From: Antedon mediterranea
Taxonomy: Eukaryota > Animalia > Echinodermata
Direction: 5' to 3'
NCBI RefSeq assembly: GCF_964355755.1
Contig: NC_092679.1
Span: forward strand, 1,952,201 to 2,016,200
DNA length: 64,000 nucleotides
The position numbers were made by a program, and so were the translations under genes. The first letter of the stretch is position 1. Each line of letters opens with the position of its first letter. The notes below the pieces were generated by a model. The model was not told the origin of the DNA, searched no databases, and saw only the letters and a program-made list of their open reading frames with translations. This document shows positions 1 to 13,283 of the stretch, piece after piece.

Positions 1-196
1 GACTTCATTTCAGTGAGTTGAAAAGGACATGGTTTTACAATTAAAGACAAGAATTCACAGAGAATTATGATGGATATGAGTTCATGTACAGGGTTTAATC
101 AACTTACAGTACAGTGTATAGTTTTATTTTTAAGAATGTTGTTACTATGTAGTAGAATAAAACTTTAATAATATGTATTGATAAATAATATCACAT

Positions 197-302
197 TTGC
201 ACTACTCTAACGTAATTTGTACTTTGTACATTAGTACATTGAGAACATTTCCAAAAAAAATCGCAAGTAATTCTCAGGTGGGACTCAAACCCACGACCTC
301 CA
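197..302 (-). mobile_element. tRNA-derived SINE fragment (same family as 10706-10818)
   Basis: Reverse complement reads tggaggtcgtgggtttgagtcccacctgagaattacttgcg...ttctcaatgtac...aaagtacaaattac, which aligns with the + strand copy at 10.7 kb. Contains a B-box-like GGTTTGAGTCC. Confidence 0.65.
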
Positions 303-1790
303 TATCAAATTGATAGAGATAAGCCAGGCATAAACCCTCCTCCCTACTCCCACTCCTTTCCCACCCACCCCTAAATTCTGAATATTACAATGCAATAGAT
401 AGAACATAGGTTATTTAAGTTTAGCACTCAGAAAACATGTTTGCACTGCCGCATCTCACATCCCTATTTCCAAATCCTATGTCCGCCAATATGTCACCAC
501 AATATAACATATATATAGCCATTCACTCATATTATAATCTCATAATAATAATAACTATTTCCATAAATGTTCTATTCATACTACATTCAACCTAATATGC
601 CCATGGTCAGTTTTTAAATATTGAAAATATTTCTTAGTGCTCATAACAAGTTTCACACTGTGAAAGTACATTTGTATGTTCTTAACATGGCTAGAAATGA
701 CACCATTAATATATTGTTTCAGCTGTGTGTTCAAAGTACCTCCAACGAGCTAAAGAAAACAATTAACCATAGAATACTTGTCATTCTTTTGTTGAATTCA
801 CACTATTGGTTGTTGAAAGAAGTTTGTCAAAAAAACAGGAACTTGTTCAGAAAATGGTTTACAAATTTTACCACAATTATTTGAAAGCAGAATAACATGA
901 CCATTTTAACAGACATAACAATAATAAACTTTTCCCTTTACCTAAAAAACTCTAGTTGTATTCGTTTTTCCCTTATTTTTATTTTAGGCAAGCCAATTAT
1001 TTGAACAATAATTTCCATTATATCTACAAAGTGGTGTGTTTAGATTGAACCTTGTATTTCCCTACCCAGTCTTCTCTCCCTTTCACCCCCTCCTTCGGCT
1101 TTCCTTCTTCGTAAAGGACAACAACTTGAATGTAGCTTTTAACTTTTTCTTGGCACGTGTCTCTTGACCATTTATCGTTTTCTAATGGATATCTCTGCCA
1201 GCAATGTTTATGTAAGTTCATAGTAAAAGCAATAAACTGGGTAGTGTGACTGGCCATATCTTTAGTCAACTCAGATATGCTATATGTAAACACAATTTAT
1301 ATTTTGAAGGTAATTGGACAGTTTGAAGACTCCAGAGCATGTATGTGAGGCGGCTTTTGACAGCCTAGATTGCCTAGGGATGTTTTCCATAGCTAGAAGG
1401 TTGCTTGGGATGTTTTTTCTTGCCTATTTTTTAGAGCTCCAGAGTATAAATGCTTCAAAACACTTTTAGATTGTGTGGGTGTCCAAGAATACTTTTTCAC
1501 AATCTTCATTAATAATTAAAAAACCAAATCTTAGATGATTGGTTTGCTCCATTCTATTCTAATGATATATAAATAATATTTATTATAATTACACATATTG
1601 TTAGTATATTAGGTTCATTTACCTAATATGGTCATGTTGGGTTATTTTCATTTTGGTATTTTGTAAGAATAAAGTTTTTTAAATAGTGCCCTCTATTGTT
1701 TTTGAACTTTTGATAGTACTGTTTCTGAACTTTTGATAGTACTGTTTCTGCTGCTCAATAATAGTATTTTGCAGAGTTTATTGGTTTCAT

Positions 1791-2441
1791 AGACCCCATT
1801 TACACTTTCGTTTGGGTCCAGGGCCGGTCCTGGGTCGGTCCTGGGCCGGTTGCAAATATTTACTTTTTAGGCCGGCCCAGAGCGTTTACACTACCGACGC
1901 AGATTACTGGTCGTAAATAATTTTATCGGAAGTACCATTGCATGCTAGGATACGAAGTACAGTTTGTTTACATTTTTCTCTCTCGATCGTCAATTCAACT
2001 CTCCGCGCGAACCGACCGTTTTATATTTATAGTACTGTATTGTTGTTTTTTGTCCCATTAAAAACAAATGAACCCCACTGTTTTATATATAATATGGCTA
2101 TATTTTATGTATATGCGAAACAAGCGGAGGAATACTTTATTGAAAGAAGATGTCTGAAAATAAATTTAACTATATAATGAAGAAAACAAATTGTCGCCCG
2201 AAAAGGAGGAAGGTATGTACTGAGAATGTCGGATCGTCATAACAACAACCTCATAAAAAGGTCAAACGTTGTTCACGGTTCACTGCGTAAGCCGGCCCAA
2301 ACGTAAAAGCCGCTCCTGAACCTACCTGGAGAGGTGGCCCAGATCTGCGTCCGGCCCAGGGCCGGCCTAACTTTTTGGAGTATTTACACTTATCAATTGC
2401 CGACCCAGGGCCGGCCTAAATCGTAAGTGTAAATGGGGTCT
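1791..2441. mobile_element. Non-autonomous DNA transposon (PIF/Harbinger-like), about 650 bp
   Basis: TIRs agaccccatttacactt / aagtgtaaatggggtct (17 bp perfect, extending imperfectly). Subterminal GC-rich ggccggccc(a/t)gg repeats, internal tttacact copies and a TWA-like flank. Confidence 0.8.
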
Positions 2442-2647
2442 TAGTCTACCATACTCTGCTATAACAGTAACAAATATATTAATATTCTGCCTATTATTAT
2501 TCCATTATTGCCATTCATATAACTATGTTTATATCTAACTAAAGATTTTAGTTATTTGTTACAGCAAAGAAAGTAGGCTAAATTAAAGAATTAATTGATA
2601 ACTCAACATCTAATCACATGTATTTATTTTGCCCATAATCCGTCCAT

Positions 2648-2822
2648 GATTTGAACCCACCACTCTATGATTTAATCCCACCAAACCATTTGCACTTTGC
2701 ATCCCAAACATTCATAATTATATACCCAGCCTAGATTTGAACCCACCACTCCACAATGTAATCTCACCAAACCACTTGCACTTTGCATCTCAAACATTCA
2801 TATTTATATACCCGGCCTAGAT
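2648..2822. repeat. Tandem duplication, 86-bp unit x2
   Basis: gatttgaacccaccact...ttgcactttgcatc..aaacattcata..tatataccc.gcctagat starts at 2648 and again at 2734. Confidence 0.85.
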
Positions 2823-5800
2823 ATCTTCATAATCGTTTTGTTCACCTATTACCCTTACTCATACAGTCAAAACATTTGATCGCCGCTGGTCATTTTCACA
2901 TTTTAAGTGTTGCACATCATTGCCAACATATGTTTTATACTCGGCTCTTACTTGTCTAACTGCGGATATTATAATAAAAGTCTCAACCGACACTGTCCCG
3001 TTTTACTTAATTTCTTGCTTACTTACTGTCATTACCATTAAATATTGTTTTTTAAAGCAAACAGCTGTTTGTTGCCGTAGTTGATGTAGTTCTTTTACAG
3101 TTAGCGTGTCAATAATGTTATTAAAATCATATTTAAAGCTGAAAGTCTGGGTAAATTTCTAGAATGTGTAAAAGAAGTTTGTTTATTTATGTTTTTGCTT
3201 TTCAAATGATGTGGAAAAAATAATAATTTAAGATGATTTGAACAACAATAGGGACCATTTTAACCTGAGGGTGTAATTTGCTAAATTTATTTTCACCTAA
3301 TCAAAAACACTTTGATTATCAAAAACACTTTTGATAAATCATGGAGGATAAAGAATTCCTCTTATAAATATATCATCTGTTTAATACCTTTCTGAACCAA
3401 TGAGTTAATCCTTATTTCTATTGATATATCACTTCCTTAATCCTATAATCAACTTTACCTACTTAAGCCAAAAGGTATATTTTTCTTGGTAGAATGCTTC
3501 ACTAATCCCCTAATCTCAACTGATCTCAACCTAATCTGCTGTTTCCTAGACAAAGAATATACAGAATAATAGTAAATATCTACATGAATGTGTTTATTGA
3601 ATCTTATCATTCCAATTATTATATCTTGATAGAAAAGCCTAAAGAAATGATCTGCAGACTGCGATTGGTTAGGCTAATGGATCTCCTAATCGGAATTAAC
3701 ACAGTCCACTGTTAACCAGGCCACTGTGTTTTTTTGACAAAATATATAATACAAGGCCTACAGAAACTATAGCTAGATCATAAGGATTTTTTTTTATTAA
3801 TTCAGAATTTTTAATGTGGCGAATTTTTAACAATTGAAAAGACTGTTTCCACTTTTATTTTGTATTTTTTCTCACCTGGTTTTGCCTTTAAAACCTTGTT
3901 CATGAACCAAGAAAATTAAATTAAGTGTGAAAACGACCTGGTTCTTAGATCTAGATAATCTGTGATGCATTAATAAAAGGTCTAGAGGGGAATATTACCC
4001 AGCAACCAAGGGGACTACAGTAGTACTTGTAGTACTAAATATAAACACATTCTATGGATTCACTACTGAATTTACAAAACCTTATAAAGTACGTCTATCT
4101 TTCTTATTGCATCCTGCAGAATTATATTCTTTTGGATATTATGAAGCTTTTTGAATAAAAAAAAAAAATCTTATATTAAATTAAATAGTTTCTCCAAAAA
4201 AGCTATTTATAAAATTGTATTCCACAAGCTCGTTTTTTCTAAAATAATAAACAAAGTATGACTCCATATTTTTAATTGATTATTTCATTACCAATCTACA
4301 GACAATAAATCTTTCAAAGGCTGTGAAAATTAAGTTTTAGTTTACATGTTTTACAATCTGTGTTGTGATAGCTTTTGTATCAACCCCAATCTGAGAATTT
4401 TGCATCGCTGATATGTTTTTTACGCTTGATTGCTTCGGTGTTCTTTGTCGTGCATGCGTAAAGCCTTATTGTCGGAGGAAGGTTGTCTTACACGGTATTC
4501 TGTAATTAATTTAATAATAGAGTTCCAATTACAATGGTGTACCTTGCTTTTATACAGGCGCCCCAGTCCTTCAACCCAATTACATTTTTGTTCACCCTGT
4601 TATAGTTTATATAGATTATTTTCTGAAAACCAACAAATCGACTGGTGTATCATTTACTATGCTTAACCTTATTTTTGTCTAGATCCTGTTGATTCATTCA
4701 TCTATTGCATTTGATCCATTTATATTAATAATAATACAAATCAAGTCATTTCCTTTTAAAACCTTCCAACCGTGATTATTAAGTGTAAATGATAATTTTA
4801 TCTGAACGAGCAATCTTGAAAATGCAGACATTCGGATAATTTCATTTCTATCTTTTGTTAAATAATGATAGCAATCTTTTCGATTGAGTTATTATTACAC
4901 AAAACAATACATATCCAATCTATTACTATTTGTATTGTCCTAGTGATGTCTTTTTATGGTGCGTTTGACCCAGCTTTGGTGGCCTTTTTTTGGGGGAGAC
5001 CACTGTGGGTACATATTAGGGCATGCAAGCCATAAAATGCACTGACCAGAACCAGAACTTGCTAATTTAAAGCCCCTTACACAACCTGTCAATATTATAA
5101 TGAGATCATAAACCTGTCCTAATAAACAGTTTAACAGTAGGTCCTAAATGTTAAGTGCTTTCACATCCAAAATTTACTAAATAATAATTGAAAAACTCCT
5201 TTGAGGAATTACCTTTGATAATTACAATTTAAGATACATAAAACCGGTGCACTTTTGTTTTGATACAAAACCACTAAAAATAGACTTCTTGACTGCTGTA
5301 ATTTGTTTAAGATGTGACTGCCGATAAATATGACTGGAGAGTGGCGCAGTTTGATGCGTTGAATGATAAAACTTGTTTACTTTTACTAAATCAACAAATG
5401 TTGTCATCCTTAGGTATCCATACAGATAGCACACCTCCGATAGTGATCTTCATTTGCTATTGTTTTTCTGTCATACAGCAATTGATTAGCATAATCTGCC
5501 CTATTCACTATAATAAATTCTTTGATTTATTTACTTGTCTGTCTCGTAAAATCTACCCTTGGCCGGTCTGACCTTCCACTCGTGAACTCGGTTTTCTCTA
5601 GGGCCAATTTCAGGGCCCAGGTGCTAGTGCTAATCACTAACTACTTTACTCTGCATGCTTTAGTTGGTGTTACTGTTTGCAAAGTTACATCGCTGCCTAT
5701 CTCATCATCACACGCGAATGTAGCTGGACTGGAATAGCCTAAGATCTGTGGATTTAATATTTGTTTATTGTTGAAGATATACTGTATATAGGAGTAATGG

Positions 5801-6589
5801 ATATTAAATTTAAAGAACTCGAACCAATAATTAAGGTAGGCTCTGTTCAATATTTTTCTAAAATCGAACGTGATAGAACATGCTGTGAACTTTGACCAAA
5901 ACCAGGACTAAACATAGTTATATTTACTATTAACATACTCGTCACCTCAAATATCATCCAAGACTATCCAAAAGAAAATTGTAAAAAGGGTCTTTTCAAT
6001 CTTTATAGTTTCACATTAAACATTCTCTTCTGCTCTAATAGGCCTACAATAAGATCCCAACCTACTGTATTAAAAGGAGGCATAGTCAAGCATACTTAAT
6101 TCTGTATATTGAATGTTGAATAAGTCAAGAAAAATATGGTTTGAGTGAGACAATTAGTTGTGTTTTTAATTAAATTATGGCAGTTGACCTGAGCATTATT
6201 TTTGTGCTGTCCAAATCTTCACCATATTCCTATTTTGTTGTTTTTTAATATTTAATCACACTTTTTACTGTACACTACTTACATACAGCCTGCAGAAAAA
6301 TGTAAACCATTTAAAATCTGTCCTTTGGGCTTCATGCTCCAGTAAGTATAATCGTGCCCATGGCCCTTCCAGATCACATCATTATGTTCGGCAAGCGGCT
6401 TGTCTTCAGTGAGCAACGAAGCTAAACCATGAAAAAAGTTTACATAATTTGTTTATGTAGGTATAATAAAATATATATACTGTATATATATATATGTTAC
6501 TGTGTTGACTTAAGTACTGCAGTAACTGCAGTACAAAATTACTGATCATATTGATTTGAACCAAGAATTTTGACATTACTACTTACTGT

Positions 6590-6718
6590 AAGCTCTGTCT
6601 ACACTATCAAAATTTATCTAAATAAAAAATGTGATGTGCCCATATATGGACATGATGATTGTCATGTCACTACCATATTTGGGAACATCACACTAGTTTG
6701 ATAGTGTAGACAGAGCTT
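6590..6718. mobile_element. MITE family M1 (PIF/Harbinger/Tourist-like), full copy
   Basis: TIRs aagctctgtctacactatcaaa / tttgatagtgtagacagagctt (22 bp perfect). Confidence 0.9.
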
Positions 6719-7760
6719 CTGTTTCTCAGCAATAAACTCATGAACCCAACCCTCTACTGCAAAACAGTACAGTACAGTACTGAGTTATTGCATAATAATG
6801 AGTCAAATGTGTACCTTTCATTAGACCTTCTTAATTAGAGGCACTTAAAGCTAGAGGTCACTCATCATTCTGTTTGTATTGTAAATTACCTGTATCATTG
6901 TATTCTGTTGTAATACTTATATAGTTTTCTAAAAACTAAGGCAAGCCTATGCCTGGGATTTTTACAAATGGTTCTGTTTTCCATAAAAATACCATTTTTA
7001 CCCACAAAAATCCTTATAAATCTATAGCTAGTTAAGCATATTTATACTTTTTCTGCTGTGATCGCCAGTGATCTCCAGTTTTGAAAAGGGTAACTGTGTA
7101 CAGGTTTGAATAAGTTGTATAGGGAGCTGGATCCCCATGTTGGGATGATACAATTCAAAAGTTGCGGTTGTTTCTACCTTTCCAACCAACTGCTCAACAA
7201 CTTCTGGATTTAATTGAATATATTTGAATGCTTATTTCTAATAAATGTATGATTATATGATATATATGATTGTCCTTGAGCTAGTCCCATTAATCTATGT
7301 CGCTGAACTCACGATCTTGAAACAAGAAAGTCATAATAAAAGTAGCTAATTTGTCGGTAATATTTGAGAAAATTGCAATATGAAACCCCTAGGCATTGTA
7401 CATTATTACCCACTCATTTGGTAGGATTCATGAGTACATATCTGTCTTAGATTTATCTTTGCTGATAATGTAAAATTGTGTACAATCCATTACTACTTCT
7501 GATTGTCAACGATTTAAGCGATAAAAAAAAGTATTTTAGTTATGCGATGGTTTTAGTTTAGATTGTGTTTTTTTCAGAGGATATACAATGAGTTTTGGTT
7601 AGGTTATGGTATGTGAATACCATACTTTGTAGGGGTCAGTCAGTCTTATGCCTTGTTGTTAAAGTTGTATAGAATACCTCCAGCATCATGTCAAAAAAGA
7701 TTCTTCTAATAAATATTATGAGTTACAACTGTTATGCTAAGTAAGAAAGACACTTCTCTA

Positions 7761-7896
7761 AAGCTCTGTCTACACTATCAAACTAGTGTGATGTGTCCAA
7801 ATATGGTAGTGATATACCCAAATATGGTAGTGATATGACATCATCATGTCCATATATGGGAACATCACATAAAGTTTGATAGTGTAGACAGAGCTT
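7761..7896. mobile_element. MITE family M1, full copy (internal orientation opposite to the 6590 copy)
   Basis: Perfect TIRs; internal 21-bp subrepeat ccaaatatggtagtgatat x2. Confidence 0.9.
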
Positions 7897-8422
7897 GCAA
7901 TTGCATTGAATTGAAGTACACAGAAAAAAAATCATCAAAAGAATTTCTATAATTTATTAACTGCAATGTATTTCCCCATGCATGTTGCCCCTTCATATAA
8001 GTTAATTATGATTTAATAGTAGTACTTCACGTAGAAGGGGGAAGGCACAGTGTCACACCAATTGGGTCAATTGAATATGCAGCCGGTAGACAGACAACAG
8101 CTGTGTGCAACATTGGCCATCCTGCCATCCAGTAACATCAACTGATGTATTAATCATTAAATTTAAATCATATTAAAGCAGTAAATGCTAGTGTTGGATG
8201 ATTTAATGTCATGTGTACATTTTGAATTTGAAAAAATTCATTGAAGCTGAGGGTGAAACATACATGGGTTGAGGGTTTAGGTTAGGTGACCTTTGCGCCG
8301 CTGCATTTTTAAGTTTGTGGGTTGATAAGCAGTGTTCACACCCTGCTTGTCGATCATAATGATTCAAGTCTGACCTTCAATGTAGGGCTCCCTTCAGTAT
8401 GTGATAGTAGTATTCAGGATAG

Positions 8423-8580
8423 TACTGTAGAACCTCCTTGTTTGGGCCACCCTTATTCAAAGGACACCTCTCTTAAGGGGACACTTTCCTGAGAAACGAA
8501 CAAGGGGAAATAAATGTTTTAATACTTCTGGAGACATCCTTTGTAAGTATAGACACTAGGTCCCAAAGTATATGTATCCT
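8423..8580. mobile_element. Degenerate Tc1/mariner(pogo)-like MITE remnant
   Basis: ta-c(t)gtagaacctc... with internal ggacacctctcttaaggggacacttt repeats, related to 52080-52225. Right boundary uncertain. Confidence 0.4.
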
Positions 8581-9720
8581 CATGTACCATGATGCAAGAA
8601 ATACATTTTTGGTGGTGATAGTCACAGGGTGGGCTTATTCCTGAGACAGTAAGCTACAACAGTTATTCTAGTTATAAAACAACAGGCACAGAACAATTAA
8701 AAATATTTAAATTACTTTATTTGCTTTGTAAAAGTAGGAAATTGACTTGTAATGTCGTTTCAATGTACTGCAGTTAATGTACATAGGTATTATATTTAAT
8801 CAAATTTTATCTGAACAAGCCTTTTTGTAAAGCTTTCAAAAACATGTTATTAAATTATTTCTATTATTTCTTACATAAAGGATAAATATCGAATGAAATC
8901 ACCACTTTGAAAAAAAATTGTGTCTGCTGATATTGTATCATATTATATTTAAATTGATGTAAATGATGTTATTATTTTAAAAGCCTTTTCTCCGACTAAG
9001 TACTACTATTTTTCAGAATTATTTTCTTTTGCACAAATTTTCCCAGAGTATTATTTAGTAAAAAGTATATACTACTCATTACTGATGTAAAGACATTTCA
9101 GCCATTATTTTTTATCGGCTATATCTTGTTTGTACATTACAGCGTGCGGTTTTCTACATTTCTTAATGTTCGGTTTTTACTTAGCTGCCAGATAAGCTGC
9201 CATCTATATCTGTCAGATAAATTATGATTGATGAGCGATATTGACCAGTGAGCAATGTATGCTCCGACGCAAACGTCATAACACCAATTTTGAAGGGGGA
9301 AGGAAATGGGCATTTGTTTAACATTAATCAGTCTTTGTTATCGGCCATCCATCAAAGGTTGTCATGCATGCGTTTAGGCCGTCTTCTTGTTCATTAAGTC
9401 TTATGTCAATTTGCCTCGAGATATCGTTGTAGGCTTCGTAGACAACACAGCTGAGCAGCTTTACTTAATACAGTATCCTTGTTGCAGATTGCCGTTGATC
9501 TAAGTGGCAATCTGTTTATTGATTTCTGCAATTTATCTGATGGTATGAAAGACTAGGTCGCAGTTTAATAGGTCGTACTACTACATCTTCACTGCTCTTT
9601 TTTTTAATAAGATGGCATATCTTTTACATTTATATGACTTTCCAAAATAGCTCTTAATTTTTAAAATAATTCTGTGGTCATCCGAATCCTAATCAAAAAA
9701 GATGATGTACAATCCATCTA

Positions 9721-9892
9721 AAGCTCTGTCCACACTATCAAACTTTAACCTCTGTCTACACTATCAAACTTTAAGCTCTGTCTATATTATCACACTTTAA
9801 TGTGGTCATGATGATGATGTCATTATAACTATATTTGGGAATATCACTACCATATTTTGGCACATCATTTGACTATTTTGATAGTATAGACA
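9721..9892. mobile_element. MITE family M1 copy with triplicated left TIR
   Basis: Three tandem 26-bp units ctctgtc(c/t)acactatcaaactttaa, then the M1 body and a degenerate right TIR tttgatagtatagaca. Confidence 0.85.
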
Positions 9893-10705
9893 TGTGATCT
9901 TTATTGATGGATGTATGTATGTAAACTTTTGTATTACATTTCTTTTTTTTAAATTCACTAATTTCAATTTTATTTACTCATTGCAAGTTTTTCCATTTTT
10001 AACATTTAGAGATGTATTTCTAATTGTTACAGCTTTTCTTCGTATCTCAAACCAAATTTGTTGCATTTTTTTCATGGAATCAATTACCTCTCCTGTTCTT
10101 TCTCCCACGCATGATCTAAATTGATATAATTTCATTCTAATTTGCATGGTCTCAAGTTGCACTTGCATTTTTTAAAGTCTAATTATTTTTGTAGGTTACA
10201 AATTTCAAGTGTTTAATTAGATCTAATAAATTTTAAAGTTGCTTTCATAATATAAACTATAATATATATATTTTTTAATCTAAATTTATTTGAAAAAGAA
10301 AAACTAAAATTTTTAAACTAATAAATTGCCCATATTTAAGTAATTGTTATTGTAAATATTTGAATAACCAACCAAGATAGAAAGTTAAAACCTAAGGCAC
10401 TTTTTGATTTATTAAAATACTTCTAATCCAAGTTAAAAAAAAAAAAATGTTTGCAATATACATGAAAAAAAATAATTGGAAACTAAATATTTGCATATAA
10501 CGCGACGTTTATGATTCTCGAAAATGAAAAATAATTCATAGAAACTAACTTTTGATTGTTTTTATTATTTATGACCTTTTGGTGGAGGAAACAAATAAAA
10601 AATATGTATCTAATCACAGCAAATAGAAAATGAACATTGACACTTTAAATGTGAAATGATTATTAGTGTTTATTTGTGTATATAATTCTGCATTCATACC
10701 TGGTA

Positions 10706-10818
10706 TGAACGCCAGGCTAGTGATCTGGAGGTTGTGGGTTCGAGTCCCACCCGAGAATTACTTGCATGTTTTTTGCAAGTATTCTCAAAGTACAAATTAC
10801 ATCAGAGTACAGTCGGGC
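10706..10818 (+). mobile_element. tRNA-derived SINE fragment (tRNA-Thr-like, ctAGTga loop)
   Basis: ggctagtgatctggaggttgtgGGTTCGAGTCCcacccgag has a canonical B box; the body matches the inverted copy at 197-302. A box missing or degenerate. Confidence 0.7.
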
Positions 10819-13179
10819 AAAACATCTGACCAATTACTCAAAACCTTGACGCAAAGCTACTACGCAGTAGTTATATAAACAATTACAATCCTGATTATAG
10901 TATTATTATCATTATCATTCCCCTTATCAAAATTAACATCATATTCAATATCAATATCATCAATGTATTCATCATCATTATATCTTTTAAAAATGTTTTT
11001 TTTTAAAATTTATATAAAACGCTGCATACGTACGTACCTTTTTATGGTTTAACATAAAGAATTGTGTACAGACACCATCCTATCACTATCATCATCCTTA
11101 TCAACATCATTGTCATCCATTCATATTTTAAAATCACCAACGTCATATTCAATCGCATACAAATTAGATGAATCTGTTTTTAAGAGCAGTTCAGTTACGT
11201 ATAACATTACCTAATCTTGGTGTTTAAGATGAAATACTGTTTTAAAGACTTTCCAGGGTATTGTTTAGAAAGGTCATAAAGTTTATTAGCGCTTGTATGT
11301 TATTTCTCCTTTATTTTCTACCATTCCCTTTGGAGTTTCCTAGGATTTTAATATCCGGTTAAAGGACTCTTGAGAATAGATATTTATATAGAATAATAAT
11401 TGGTATTTAACTTTATGATTATATGGGTATTATATTTATTTTCATGGAATGAGAAAGAAGGTTTTATTAAGATGCTTTAGACCTTGAGTTATTACTTAAA
11501 GATGCTAAAGATTTTTTTATAAAAATTAAAAGTCAATAAACCAATGTGCAATGAATGAAACACTTCAATGAGTCACCCACCTTATTTGCTATTTTTTTTT
11601 TATTTTATAATTTATACAGTATATAATATCGGTATAATACTCATGGTTTTGCCTTATTATTTCTTAATTTCCTTTAATTTTTGGGAAAAGTAGGGTTAAA
11701 GTTCACAAGTGTATTGACCAGTTGTTAATGACAGTCATTAAACAGAATGATAAGTTATATTATTTCCGTTAAACGGTGCCATATTTAACAGCCGATTACC
11801 CCCACCAGTTTAAACACTAATTTTAACAATATCAAGCATTTCGTAAACAAAAGCATGTCATTATATCACTTGTTGTTCTTATATATTGATATCCCTGTTT
11901 CTTAATTGTCAATTAATCATGCGTTTTTGATTGATTGAGGACTAGGAGGTTAAACCATTGTTGTAAGATGCGTAACAAAAACAATCACGAGCCAGCGATT
12001 ATAGTGTTTTGTCCAGATGTGGTGTTAAAATTATGCCGAGTTGATTGAAAAGTCGTCTATACGTCGCTAAAGACGCCCTAGCGTCTACAACCTTCTGTCA
12101 GTCGTAAAAATCTGCCAATTCCTTAACGCACAATGTGCATGTCGGTGGAAAATGGTTTCCGAGTGTGTGTCGATCTTAACGCTTCAGAGACGGGGAGGGT
12201 ATGGCGGTGTGAAAGGATTTTGAGGGTGTTCATGTTAGAACTAGAGTTATTTTATTTTGATCTAGTTTTCTTATGCACAATATTTTAAAATGGAAGGAAT
12301 ATGATTGAGATGTATTACAAAAATAAAGAAACAAAAACAACGCTCTAATTTGAGATTTAATTTTCTGATATTTTGAATTGTAATGTATGGGATTTTTGTA
12401 TATCAATACTATAGGCCTATATGACCAAATATAATCCCACCCAAATAATTGTTACCAAATTTCATACCCAACAGGCCCATGAGACTATACTCTATAATAT
12501 ACAGTACGGTAATAAGACAACATTGTACCTAAAATTCAAACCATACACAAATGTAAAAAAATATAGTAATTAAAGTAATTCAATACATATTATATTGATA
12601 ATAACTTCTTATTTGTATGTATACAAATTTAAAGAAATTATTCAGAGTTCAAATTCAGTTCACAAATATTTGCATTCGACCTTCAGGTTACAATTAATAA
12701 TTATCTTACCTTCTTGCAAAACATCAACAAACTTAATTATGCTAATTTTATGTAGATTAACATTCTAAAGTGAGGCACAATTATTTTATGTAATTATTTT
12801 ATTAAATTAAACTAATATTTGGGATCATTATAATCCTAATTGAGGTCAAAATTTGTTTTTCATTATTAGTATAGTAATATTACTATTAGTATCATAATGT
12901 AAAATAAAAATAATTTAATAACATAAACTAAAGGGAAAATCGATTAAATATATTTTTATAAAAGCAATTGTAACATGAGATAATCAAGAATTAAAATTTC
13001 AAAATGTAATAAAATATGTGTGAAAAGTAATATAAAATTTCATTAATTTTTATATGAATATATATTTAAAATAATTAGTTATTAGCAAAAAAATTGATAT
13101 ACATATCTTAGAGAAAAAAAGTGTGTAATTGCAACTTAGAAAAAATGGAGGTAATGTGGACAGGAGTAAACAAAATATA

Positions 13180-13283
13180 AAGCTCTGTCCACACTATCAA
13201 ACTTTATGTGACAAAAAAATGTGATGATGTCATATGGTCACATCACACGTGTCAAAATAGTTTTATAGTGTTAGACAGATCTT
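13180..13283. mobile_element. MITE family M1, short internally deleted copy
   Basis: taa|agctctgtccacactatcaaa ... tttatagtgttagacagatct|taa, with TAA on both flanks (3-bp TSD). Confidence 0.8.
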
